This document shows positions 42,329-50,891 of a stretch of DNA of 64,000 bases, piece by piece. The notes beneath the pieces are model-generated. The model saw nothing but the letters and a program-made list of their open reading frames with translations, searched no databases and had not been told where the DNA came from. Positions within the stretch are counted from its first letter, which is position 1, and each line of letters opens with the position of its first letter. The translations under genes were made by a program, and so were the position numbers. The DNA comes from a virus, in the IMG/VR virus record IMGVR_UViG_3300032307_000797. One strand, 5' to 3'.

Positions 42329-44170
42329 TTATGCGTAATTTCTTGGGTCTTGGTTTAAGAACCCATCTATTAAATCAGGACGTTGTTGTAGGTACCTCGC
42401 CATATTGTCGGTTAACGGTTCTGATTTATATGTTAATTCTATTTGTTTTTTCTGTGGTTCGGAAGTTGTTGTGGTTGTGGTATTACCTTGTTTATCTTTT
42501 AATCCTGCCTTAACAGCTGCATCATCCATCATTCCTCTAATTGCTTCCCCTCCACCTTTTATTCCCGGTGCAGCCTCTTTTGATGCCTTTAATGTTTGTT
42601 CAGCAATTTTTGCCGGGTCAAAACCAATAGCATCAACAAGTTTTGCCCCTGTTTTACCAAATTCCATTCTTAGTAATGCGGCAACGAAATTCATATCTCT
42701 CGATATATTTTCAGTGTCTGTTGCTTGTTTTCTAACGATATCCTCTGTAGATAATTCTTTAAACTCATCTTGGAATTTCATTAATTGACTAACTTGAGCA
42801 TCCGTTAATTCTTCAATCGCCACTTCATTTTTTCCAAAATACTCTCTCATTTTATCACTTTGAAGTTCAATGGTCATTCTACCACCTTTCATAGTTGAGA
42901 TGTTAGTTAAAAATTCTTGTTGTTCGTCACTTAAACTCAGACCACTTGCCATTAATTCAGATGCGGCAGATGACCTTTCCGCCGCTGCAATTGCACCATT
43001 TGCCAACTCACTATAAGAAATACCGAGTTCAGCTGCCATTGCCTTTGCTTTTCTAAGATTCACACCTGTAATTTCAAATCTACCTTGTTCTTCATTGTAT
43101 GTTGCTAATGAACCTGCAACACCGATTAATGCATCTTGTAAACCTTCAACATTGTTAGTTGCCATATACATTAATTTCAATGGGTCGTTGAAATCACCAA
43201 TAGCACCACCAATCGCTTGTAGATTAGCGGCCATATCAATTGCTTTATCAGGGTCCATTACATCATCCGCAACCTTAAATGCGGTTTCCATGCTCATTCT
43301 GAATTCAATTGATTTTTGAACCATTTTTGTAAGTCCTTGAATACCATTTTGAAAACCGTATTCATTTATCTTACCAATATTAGTACCCAATTCTTTTGTT
43401 ACTTTTTGTGCCTGTAACCCAAGAGCAATTGAACCTTTACCCGCCTTTTCAATTTGTTTTGATGCATCCGACGCACCAACACCAATTTTTTCAAATGCTG
43501 GATACATTCTTACCAAATCACTTAATGTCCCAACATATGCAGATGCCGCGTATCCCGCATCTTTCCATGTTTCTCTATTTAAAGATAAAAATCTACCCGT
43601 TTCTTGCACCAAACCCGTCGCAGCATTTGATAATTCTTGAAAACCGATTCCAATTCTTAATAATTCGGGATTCGCTTGTGTTAATTCATCTCTAAATGCT
43701 TCAGAAAATTTACCCGTTAAACCAAGTTCTTTATTGACTTGTCCGAGTAATTCAGTTTGTTGTTTGTAGTATAATAAACCTTGGTCACCAATTGAACCCA
43801 ATACTGTTTTAAACATCTCAGTTGCACCTTTAAGGTTCCCCTGACCATCTATCATTCCCTTAATAACACCGGACATTTTAATATATTCCTCTGTCATTTG
43901 TGGAAGATAACCCGTTTGTTCTTGTGCACCGATAATTTCGGCACCAGCATTTAAAACACCTCCAGTTATTTTTTGAAATGTGTTGGCGGTTCCACCACCA
44001 GTTGTGTTTTTTCCCGCACTGGTATCATATGTTTTAAGTCGGTCGAATTCGGCCTTTGCTTGTAACCCATCAGAAGGATTTAAAGGATATGGTCTGTTGT
44101 TAGCTTTCGCCCACTCCTTTTCAAACTCGGTAACTCTTCCTTTCTTTGCTAAATCTAATAAATCCGCCAT
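42329..44170 (-). CDS. Tape measure protein
   Basis: 613 aa, Ala/Gly/Lys-rich and helical; directly follows the tail chaperone. Confidence 0.75.
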   Translation of the reverse strand: MADLLDLAKKGRVTEFEKEWAKANNRPYPLNPSDGLQAKAEFDRLKTYDTSAGKNTTGGGTANTFQKITGGVLNAGAEIIGAQEQTGYLPQMTEEYIKMSGVIKGMIDGQGNLKGATEMFKTVLGSIGDQGLLYYKQQTELLGQVNKELGLTGKFSEAFRDELTQANPELLRIGIGFQELSNAATGLVQETGRFLSLNRETWKDAGYAASAYVGTLSDLVRMYPAFEKIGVGASDASKQIEKAGKGSIALGLQAQKVTKELGTNIGKINEYGFQNGIQGLTKMVQKSIEFRMSMETAFKVADDVMDPDKAIDMAANLQAIGGAIGDFNDPLKLMYMATNNVEGLQDALIGVAGSLATYNEEQGRFEITGVNLRKAKAMAAELGISYSELANGAIAAAERSSAASELMASGLSLSDEQQEFLTNISTMKGGRMTIELQSDKMREYFGKNEVAIEELTDAQVSQLMKFQDEFKELSTEDIVRKQATDTENISRDMNFVAALLRMEFGKTGAKLVDAIGFDPAKIAEQTLKASKEAAPGIKGGGEAIRGMMDDAAVKAGLKDKQGNTTTTTTSEPQKKQIELTYKSEPLTDNMARYLQQRPDLIDGFLNQDPRNYA

Positions 44171-44181
44171 ACCTATAAATA

Positions 44182-44337
44182 CTAATTTGAACTATTTTCC
44201 AATTCAATTAGATAATTTATATAGTATCTCCTAATGTATATTGGCATAGATAAGATATCTCCATAAGAGAATCCTCTTTTAATTAGATACAATATTTCAT
44301 CTAACTGTCCTTTCTTATAATCCGTAGAAAGGGCGAA
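44182..44337 (-). CDS. Frameshift extension of the tail assembly chaperone (gpT/gp51-like); not in ORF track
   Basis: +1 frame reads F-ALSTDYKKGQLDEILYLIKRGFSYGDILSMPIYIRRYYINYLIELENSSN*, fills the gap to the tape measure gene and has no early ATG. Confidence 0.75.
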   Translation of the reverse strand, partial: FALSTDYKKGQLDEILYLIKRGFSYGDILSMPIYIRRYYINYLIELENSSN

Positions 44338-45064
44338 AAAACTCTACCCCGAATCCGATATCTACTAGTACGGACTCTCCTGACGGGGATTTTACTTCTT
44401 TTTTAAGGTCTAAACCTGGAGTGTTATCTTTAACATATTTTCTAAAATCTTGACTGTCTTTAATCGGAAGTTTTTGGATAAAATTGTGAATATTCATCAT
44501 ATCTTTATTTCCTGCAACCGATTTAATCATCATTTCAAGTTGTTTGGTAACAATAGGTGGTACACCTTGTCCTTTCCAACTCTTTTCAATTTCATCAATA
44601 TCGTTTTGTTGTTTCTTGTTTAAAAATTTAAAAGTGATGTCGACATTACTTTTTTCCATATGATAATGAAATTCACCATTCCCATCCGACTCTAATGTGA
44701 AATCTTTAAATTTCATTTCACTAATATCAATTGAGGCAGAAAAATCTTCATTAGTTTTTGGGTCCTTTAGATGAACTTTATATTCAGGACCAAATGCAGT
44801 ATTTCTTAAAAATAATAATATTGCCTGTTTATCTTCATCAACCAAATCATCGATATTGAAATCTCTTTCTAAAACTTTTCTTTTTAAAAGTTCTTCAACG
44901 ACAGTATTTGATGCAATCAAGTTCTGTGCGGAAAGAATGTTTTCATCCGCAGCAGTTAAATAAGCAACTCGTAATGATTTCTTTTTTGTTGGATAATGTA
45001 TACCTCTTGAAGGTAATTCCACCACATCATACGCAATGGTGGGGTCGACTTTAAATTCTTCCAT
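44315..45064 (-). CDS. Tail/baseplate-hub assembly chaperone (gp26/gpG-like)
   Basis: VELPSRGIHYP, LTAADENIL, LRNTAFGPEY, C-terminal EFFRP; between tube and tape measure genes. Confidence 0.8.
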   Translation of the reverse strand: MEEFKVDPTIAYDVVELPSRGIHYPTKKKSLRVAYLTAADENILSAQNLIASNTVVEELLKRKVLERDFNIDDLVDEDKQAILLFLRNTAFGPEYKVHLKDPKTNEDFSASIDISEMKFKDFTLESDGNGEFHYHMEKSNVDITFKFLNKKQQNDIDEIEKSWKGQGVPPIVTKQLEMMIKSVAGNKDMMNIHNFIQKLPIKDSQDFRKYVKDNTPGLDLKKEVKSPSGESVLVDIGFGVEFFRPFYGL

Positions 45065-45106
45065 AAATGTTTTTGTTATAACTATATAAGTTTACGTAAT
45101 TTATAT

Positions 45107-45138
45107 AAAAAAGTAAAGGTCTCCTTTTGAGAGACCTT
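45107..45138 (-). terminator. Terminator after the tail tube gene
   Basis: AAGGTCTC-N7-GAGACCTT followed by TACTTTTTT on the minus strand. Confidence 0.65.
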
Positions 45139-45162
45139 CGCTTTGACAGATTTTGTTTTATT

Positions 45163-45651
45163 TTAGTATACTTGAATACATCTATCCATTCTCAATGAAC
45201 AAGTGATAGTTGCGATATCATCTCTTGAATAATCAAGTTCATTGAAGTTTAAGTCGGTGATGAAAGTACCTTGAAGAATCCATTTTTCAACCACAACACC
45301 TGTTGGGTCTAACATTTCTAATTCAATGTCTTTCTTATAACCTGCAGCATAACCCATACGACCTGTTACCGATTCAGCGTGTAAACGGAACCACTCCATC
45401 AATGCTTGTGATGCCGAAGGACCAATTGGGTCTTTAAAGGTTACTCTTAATTCATTCCATTCAAATCTACCAGCAACGTAAGTTGAAGTATTGATAAATG
45501 GAATCGCTACTGAGTTGATTTTAGCACTCGGTCTAGCCGCTGACGAAACGTACCATTCGTTGATTCCCAATGAAGAAGGGAAACGAAGGATAAATCTGTT
45601 TACTCTTTTCGGTTCGTAAGGAACCGGCATTTTCATTAATAAATCTGCCAT
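45163..45651 (-). CDS. Tail tube protein (T4 gp19-like)
   Basis: EPKRVNRFIL, YVAGRFEW, YKKDIELEMLDPTGVVVEKWIL; downstream of the sheath gene. Confidence 0.92.
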   Translation of the reverse strand: MADLLMKMPVPYEPKRVNRFILRFPSSLGINEWYVSSAARPSAKINSVAIPFINTSTYVAGRFEWNELRVTFKDPIGPSASQALMEWFRLHAESVTGRMGYAAGYKKDIELEMLDPTGVVVEKWILQGTFITDLNFNELDYSRDDIATITCSLRMDRCIQVY

Positions 45652-45773
45652 GTCTATGTTTTTTTAATTTTTTAAGTTTATCTTACTTTCTTATAAATAT
45701 GTTATTATCTAAAAAATATAATTTGTTTATCTGCACCTCTTGTTAATGTCATTTTTTTTTCGTATTTTTTCCA

Positions 45774-45858
45774 TACTAGTATAATACTAGAACTAGAAAT
45801 AAAACTAGAAAATAATAATACTAGAACTAGATACTAGAATATTCTGGTATAATACTGG
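45774..45858. repeat. Intergenic array of ACTAG repeats
   Basis: CTAG at 45776, 45787, 45793, 45805, 45821, 45827 and 45834; CTGG at 45844 and 45855; 17-mer ATAATACTAGAACTAGA at 45781 and 45815. Confidence 0.9.
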
Positions 45859-45910
45859 GTGGTTTATCAAAGTATATTTTTTATAAATTTTGGTTCCATG
45901 TGAAACATAT

Positions 45911-45942
45911 AAAAGGGGAAGCGGTTAAACTTCCCCTTTTTT
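45911..45942. terminator. Bidirectional intrinsic terminator after the sheath gene
   Basis: AAAAGGGGAAG-CGGTTAAA-CTTCCCCTTTT; a T-run follows the stem on both strands. Confidence 0.85.
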
Positions 45943-45945
45943 CAT

Positions 45946-48792
45946 TTAGATATTATCAAATGATGCTCCTGTTGGTGTGATTATGAACTCAACATCAATG
46001 AATTCAAGTGAACGAGTTGGTTTGATATAAATCTTACCTCTAAGAGTGTTTGCATCAATGTCCTCTGGGTCATTTGATACAGTTACACGGAATTCGTATA
46101 AACCTCTTTCTCTCTTAATTGCTTCAAGAATTGGGTTAACCAATCTCAAGAACTCATTTCTTACTTGCTCATCGTTTTGTTCAAATAGTAATCTAATCGC
46201 AACTGCCGAAATTAACTTTCTTGCTCTTAACAATAATCTTCTTACGTTAATTCTATCCAACGCAGATTCTCTAACTTGAAGGGTTTTGTTACCCCAAATG
46301 ATAGTACCAGTATCTGAGAAGGTTGCGATTGGGTTAATTCTATTTTTGTATAACTCATCTCTTTCGTCAAGTGTCAATTTCTTAGTTGCTTTGATAGCTT
46401 TTACTAAACCTCTTGAGTAACCTGCTACCGCGAACCATGGGAATGATACGTTGTCGGTAAGAGCGATGTTTCTAACAACCTCACCTGTTGGTGGGATGTA
46501 TAGTTGTGTTGCATTATCTTGGTCTCTAACCTGAATCCAAGGCCAGTAGGTTGCTGAATAGTTAGTATCAAGTGCAACTCCATCTAATGCATCTACTACT
46601 TCCTCAACTGTTGAGAAATTAGGTGGTGCGATGATGTAAAGTGAATCCGCTCTATCATTTTCCATAATGTCAATTGCTTGTGAAGTCAATGAACTATGGT
46701 CGTAGAAGTTAATACCCGGAGTTGCGAAGATGTTAATGTCAACTGCTTCAGGGTTTGCGAATGTATTGATACCTTGTAGGTAAGCGTAGTAGTCAGAGTT
46801 TCCGACAGTTGTACTGAAAACACCACCATTTGAAGTGTTACCACTTACATAAGTTGGTTTTCCAAAGATGTACGGGTCTCCGAATGTTTTAACTTCTCTG
46901 TAGATATCCCAACCGTCAAAACCACCACATACTGCGAATGTGAATTTACGGTAGTTAATACTTGTCATTACGTTATCAACACCCGTTTGACCTTCTAAGT
47001 CATAAGGAGTGGTTGTAAACGTTGTACCTGTGATTGTAGATGCATTAGTTGATAAGTGGAAACCGCTAGTTGAACCCGCTGCCGCCGAACCTTTGTATTT
47101 GAAAAGGTCCTTATCATAACCAACTTGTGAAGAAAGACCAAAACTGATTTTTCTTACTTTATCACCTGATGATAATTTTTGAGTACCATCACTTTCATAT
47201 CCAATTACATCACCAGCTTCGAAGAATTGAGTTTTGTACATAACAGAACCCAAAGTTGTACCTGAGAATGATGTGTTAGCCGTGAATCCTTTGAAACCCG
47301 CAGGGAACGCATCCACCGGATGGTTACTTGCCATATTCAACATGATGTATTTTGAACGTAATTCATATTCACCGTCAGATGTACCAACTTTTCTTGCCAC
47401 ATAACCCGGTAGGTCAGGGTTCATAGAACATCTTGTGAATTTTTCAAGAACCACCATATTATCGTCAGAATCGTTAAAGTCACGAACAATCATATCAAAT
47501 TCACCTGTTTCCAAGTTGATGTTGATGATTGAAACTTTAACTTGTTCGTTTGCTGCGTTACCATCAGAGATGGTGATAACATCAAACAAGTCAGATACTT
47601 CACCACCACGAACTTCAGAAACAACTGTTGGTGACATTGGGGTATCCCATTGTCCTACGAAATTATTTCCTTCTGATACGAATACCTCTGTTAAACTCAA
47701 ACCTCTTACGAAACCTTGTTCGAAAGCTGATTTTAAATAGTTAGGGTATGATTCGTAAACATAAACCGGAACTTCTGATTTTGGTTTATCAAATACATCC
47801 GTACCTAAAACTTTAGTTACATATTTTGATGAAGTTGTGTCCATTGAACAAGTGAAAGTTTTTACTCCACTTGTTGCCCCTGTTACTGTGATAGTAAATT
47901 CAGAGAATGGATTAAACGGTAAATCGTCACCTGTAACATTGAAATGGTTGTTTGTTGTAACTTCTAAATTCAATGTTTGACCTGAGTAAGAACCTCTCGG
48001 ACGGAAAGCGACTACTACTTGTTCGTCATAATCACTCATTAATGTTGAATCATAAACGAACTGTGTAACGTTGAATGTACCTGTACTTCCTGATGTGTAT
48101 TCAAATAGGTATGAGTAAACTTCAGTACCTGCCGCGTTACAGAATTGGTTGTACCATTCCTTACCATTTGGGTTATCTGCGTCATTTAAACCGGTCAAAG
48201 GAGAAATTTCCTCCAAACTTGAGTTTAAACCTGAAGTTGCCGATGATGGTACCTCACCAATAACGAACCATTGTCCGTCATTAGATGCGGTGTTACCACT
48301 AAATGTTGAGAATAAGTAATCTGCCATTGATTGACCATCGTATGCGGTTACTCCTGACATGTTTGAGTAGAACGTACTACCCGTAATACCGTTAAATGTT
48401 GATGGGTCACAAGTTCCTGAAGTGTCTCCACTCAATGAACCCAAAGTAACTCCACCAAGGGTTTTTATTGCGAATGTTCTCACGGGTTTGTAACCTGTAA
48501 GACCAAGGATTCTTGTTACGAAAAGTTGATTTGATTCCTCAAGGTATGCTTTAGCAACATAAGGTAACTCGAATTTTGGGTTACCGTTTCCATCTTTTAC
48601 TGGTGATGAACCTCCGAAGTAAAGTTTGAATTCATCGTAATCGGTTACAAGGATGGGTTCGAATGCCGGACCTTTAAGGGTCTCTCCAACCAATCCAAGA
48701 GTTGTAACACCAACACTCTGTGCTACGAATGTTAAATCTTTTTCTGACGTGTAAACACCCGGAGATACAAATACTCTATTTGAATTTGCCAT
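45946..48792 (-). CDS. Tail sheath protein (T4 gp18-like)
   Basis: SPGVYTSEKD, KGPAFEP, YWPW, PWFAVAG..RG, INPI, WGNKT, RINVRRL, IKPTRSLEFI. Confidence 0.97.
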   Translation of the reverse strand: MANSNRVFVSPGVYTSEKDLTFVAQSVGVTTLGLVGETLKGPAFEPILVTDYDEFKLYFGGSSPVKDGNGNPKFELPYVAKAYLEESNQLFVTRILGLTGYKPVRTFAIKTLGGVTLGSLSGDTSGTCDPSTFNGITGSTFYSNMSGVTAYDGQSMADYLFSTFSGNTASNDGQWFVIGEVPSSATSGLNSSLEEISPLTGLNDADNPNGKEWYNQFCNAAGTEVYSYLFEYTSGSTGTFNVTQFVYDSTLMSDYDEQVVVAFRPRGSYSGQTLNLEVTTNNHFNVTGDDLPFNPFSEFTITVTGATSGVKTFTCSMDTTSSKYVTKVLGTDVFDKPKSEVPVYVYESYPNYLKSAFEQGFVRGLSLTEVFVSEGNNFVGQWDTPMSPTVVSEVRGGEVSDLFDVITISDGNAANEQVKVSIININLETGEFDMIVRDFNDSDDNMVVLEKFTRCSMNPDLPGYVARKVGTSDGEYELRSKYIMLNMASNHPVDAFPAGFKGFTANTSFSGTTLGSVMYKTQFFEAGDVIGYESDGTQKLSSGDKVRKISFGLSSQVGYDKDLFKYKGSAAAGSTSGFHLSTNASTITGTTFTTTPYDLEGQTGVDNVMTSINYRKFTFAVCGGFDGWDIYREVKTFGDPYIFGKPTYVSGNTSNGGVFSTTVGNSDYYAYLQGINTFANPEAVDINIFATPGINFYDHSSLTSQAIDIMENDRADSLYIIAPPNFSTVEEVVDALDGVALDTNYSATYWPWIQVRDQDNATQLYIPPTGEVVRNIALTDNVSFPWFAVAGYSRGLVKAIKATKKLTLDERDELYKNRINPIATFSDTGTIIWGNKTLQVRESALDRINVRRLLLRARKLISAVAIRLLFEQNDEQVRNEFLRLVNPILEAIKRERGLYEFRVTVSNDPEDIDANTLRGKIYIKPTRSLEFIDVEFIITPTGASFDNI

Positions 48793-48869
48793 TTTTAATA
48801 GTTTGGTTAATTTATTTTATTTGTTTTCTATAAATATCTTTGTTTTTAGCAAAGATTTCGTGACTTTTT

Positions 48870-48899
48870 TAAAAAAGGATAATAAAAAATCCTTTTTTA
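48870..48899. promoter_or_regulatory. Inverted repeat, candidate operator between divergent sheath and RHH genes
   Basis: TAAAAAAGGAT-N8-ATCCTTTTTTA; a second IR ATCTTTG-N7-CAAAGAT at 48836-48856. Confidence 0.45.
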
Positions 48900-48914
48900 T
48901 CTTTATTTATCTTT

Positions 48915-49076
48915 ATGGAAAAAGAGAACTCAAAAAACATCAAAGTCAGTGAAAAACATCATCAGATGTTGAAAGAATATTGCGATAAAAATGGCATGAA
49001 AATTTACAAGGTTGTTCAGAAGTGGATTGAGGAGACCTGTAAACCTAAAAAAAAGGATATATATGGTGAGAATTAA
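48915..49076 (+). CDS. Small ribbon-helix-helix-like DNA-binding protein (53 aa; not in ORF track)
   Basis: MEKENSKNIKVSEKHHQMLKEYCDKNGMKIYKVVQKWIEETCKPKKKDIYGEN: strand-helix-Gly-helix pattern; TATTTAT at 48904-48910. Confidence 0.75.
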   Translation: MEKENSKNIKVSEKHHQMLKEYCDKNGMKIYKVVQKWIEETCKPKKKDIYGEN

Positions 49077-50326
49077 CTCAAGTATACCACACTAACTTTA
49101 GAACCAACAACAGGTGCACCAAGTAGTTTTACGGTGTAGTTACCAGAAACTTCAAATCCCGCACCTTCGTCTTCCACAAGACCGTTAATATCCAAACTTA
49201 TAACGCTATCAATCGCGCTTGATGTTGTGAATTCTAAACCACTACCGTCATATGTAAAAGTATCATAAACGACATTTAGTGGTCGTCCAAAAGTATCCAC
49301 AAAAGTGTCATTTCTTCCCTTATAGTATGTGATGGTCACAACCGAACCCTCTGGTGGTGGTTCAGAGAAAGTTATTTTTGATGTTTGAGCAATATGGAAA
49401 TAATCCTCATCCCTAACTTGAATAAGACCGTTAATTGCTACTGTGAATAATACATTTATTGTTTCACCAACACTGAATTGTGTTTGTAATCCGTCGGCAG
49501 GAAACGAAGCAATGGTAACCTCGATGGTTTTAACCACATATTTCTTTGCGAAGTTGTTACTTTTGATGAATTCATTTAAAAGAAACATTCTACTAACTGC
49601 GGGTTTTACTTCGAACTCCTCGTCATCAATTAGGAAACCTAACATTGTGAAGGTATAGTTCTGAATATAGAATCTACGACCCTCTAATGTATCCATTGGG
49701 GTGTTATCTTCAATTCTATCTAATACAATTGGAATATAATGTCCTTTAACACTCGTATATGATTGACGAGATGAGAACTTCTGAAGTACAATTCTATTGA
49801 AACGGTTTACATCCCTAAGTTTTGTACAAACAACAGTAACATCGTATGTTAAATCAATTGCCACGGGTTGTGGTATTTTATAAATGTCTGCACCCATCTG
49901 AGTTCCGTTCCATGTTGGAACCGAAGCGTAAAAGAAATCTCTTCTATCGGGTATAGTTCTTTGTATTGACGGATTTGTACCGGGTTGAACGTCGGGTTTT
50001 CTAATAACCGCAATGAATGGTAGTTTCATATTACCATCTTCATCTGCAAATGTCCAATTGTTCGACATCTCACCCCATCTTTGGATGGTTAAGATTCTTG
50101 GTATGATTGGAATTTGGTCTCCATCCGATACGATTTTGAAGTTTTCTTTTACATAATCAAGCATACCTAAATCAAGGTCCTCGTGTAATATTGAATCAGG
50201 TAGAAAAGTGTCTGATTTTGTTATTCTTTCTAATAATTCTTTCCTTCTACCCACAATATCGGGTCCGTTCATATCGGATTTAACTCCGTAAACTTGAATA
50301 TTATTTTTTCTTTTAGGTATTCCCAT
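49073..50326 (-). CDS. Tail completion/terminator protein (gp15-like) with two C-terminal beta repeats
   Basis: 417 aa; IPQPVAIDLTYDVT; two DG..F..INGL..I.F..P..GS.V.V.Y repeats; upstream of the sheath gene. Confidence 0.65.
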   Translation of the reverse strand: MGIPKRKNNIQVYGVKSDMNGPDIVGRRKELLERITKSDTFLPDSILHEDLDLGMLDYVKENFKIVSDGDQIPIIPRILTIQRWGEMSNNWTFADEDGNMKLPFIAVIRKPDVQPGTNPSIQRTIPDRRDFFYASVPTWNGTQMGADIYKIPQPVAIDLTYDVTVVCTKLRDVNRFNRIVLQKFSSRQSYTSVKGHYIPIVLDRIEDNTPMDTLEGRRFYIQNYTFTMLGFLIDDEEFEVKPAVSRMFLLNEFIKSNNFAKKYVVKTIEVTIASFPADGLQTQFSVGETINVLFTVAINGLIQVRDEDYFHIAQTSKITFSEPPPEGSVVTITYYKGRNDTFVDTFGRPLNVVYDTFTYDGSGLEFTTSSAIDSVISLDINGLVEDEGAGFEVSGNYTVKLLGAPVVGSKVSVVYLS

Positions 50327-50328
50327 GA

Positions 50329-50841
50329 TTATATTCCTCTAAATTCAGATTCCTGAGCAGGTGTACAAAGTATTGTTCGGTAATATGGTTTAAAACCGAA
50401 CATGTTATGTTTATTATCCGATGTTACTTTACCATCGTTTGTTACAGTATAATATCGTATTCTATCCTCGGATTCCGCATAACCGATATAATCACCATAT
50501 CTAATATCTACCTTTAACTCCTCCAAATGTCTTATGTATACCGATATTGACATATTCCCCGGCTCCAAGTACCTACCCAAACCACCCTTATATGTTGAGT
50601 TTTTTGGTTCCTCGATTTTTACCAATCCATTGAATTCAACAGGGGGTAAAAATTTGATTTGGTCCTTACCAACTTCGGCATAAACTTCATCGGTATCTGT
50701 TTTCTGTCTGTCAACTCTAAACAACACTAATTTCATGTTTAAATCCCCATGCAGATATTCCTGTCCGATTTGTTGGTTTAAATCAAAATCGGTTTCAGAA
50801 AAGAATTTACTAATTCTTGTTATGGGTAACTTATGCTTCAT
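50329..50841 (-). CDS. Head closure/neck protein (gp14-like); start probably ATG 50841
   Basis: Context next to the gp15-like gene; DEVYAE and YGDYIG; TATTTAT 6 nt upstream. Confidence 0.6.
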   Translation of the reverse strand: MKHKLPITRISKFFSETDFDLNQQIGQEYLHGDLNMKLVLFRVDRQKTDTDEVYAEVGKDQIKFLPPVEFNGLVKIEEPKNSTYKGGLGRYLEPGNMSISVYIRHLEELKVDIRYGDYIGYAESEDRIRYYTVTNDGKVTSDNKHNMFGFKPYYRTILCTPAQESEFRGI

Positions 50842-50891
50842 ACTCAATAAATAGTTTAAATATTCATTCTATTTTATTATATTTAGATTAT

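Noticed and set aside
19250-50841. Extracellular contractile injection system or T6SS locus
   Set aside because: Interleaved with phage replication and neck genes; no cellular genes in the window.
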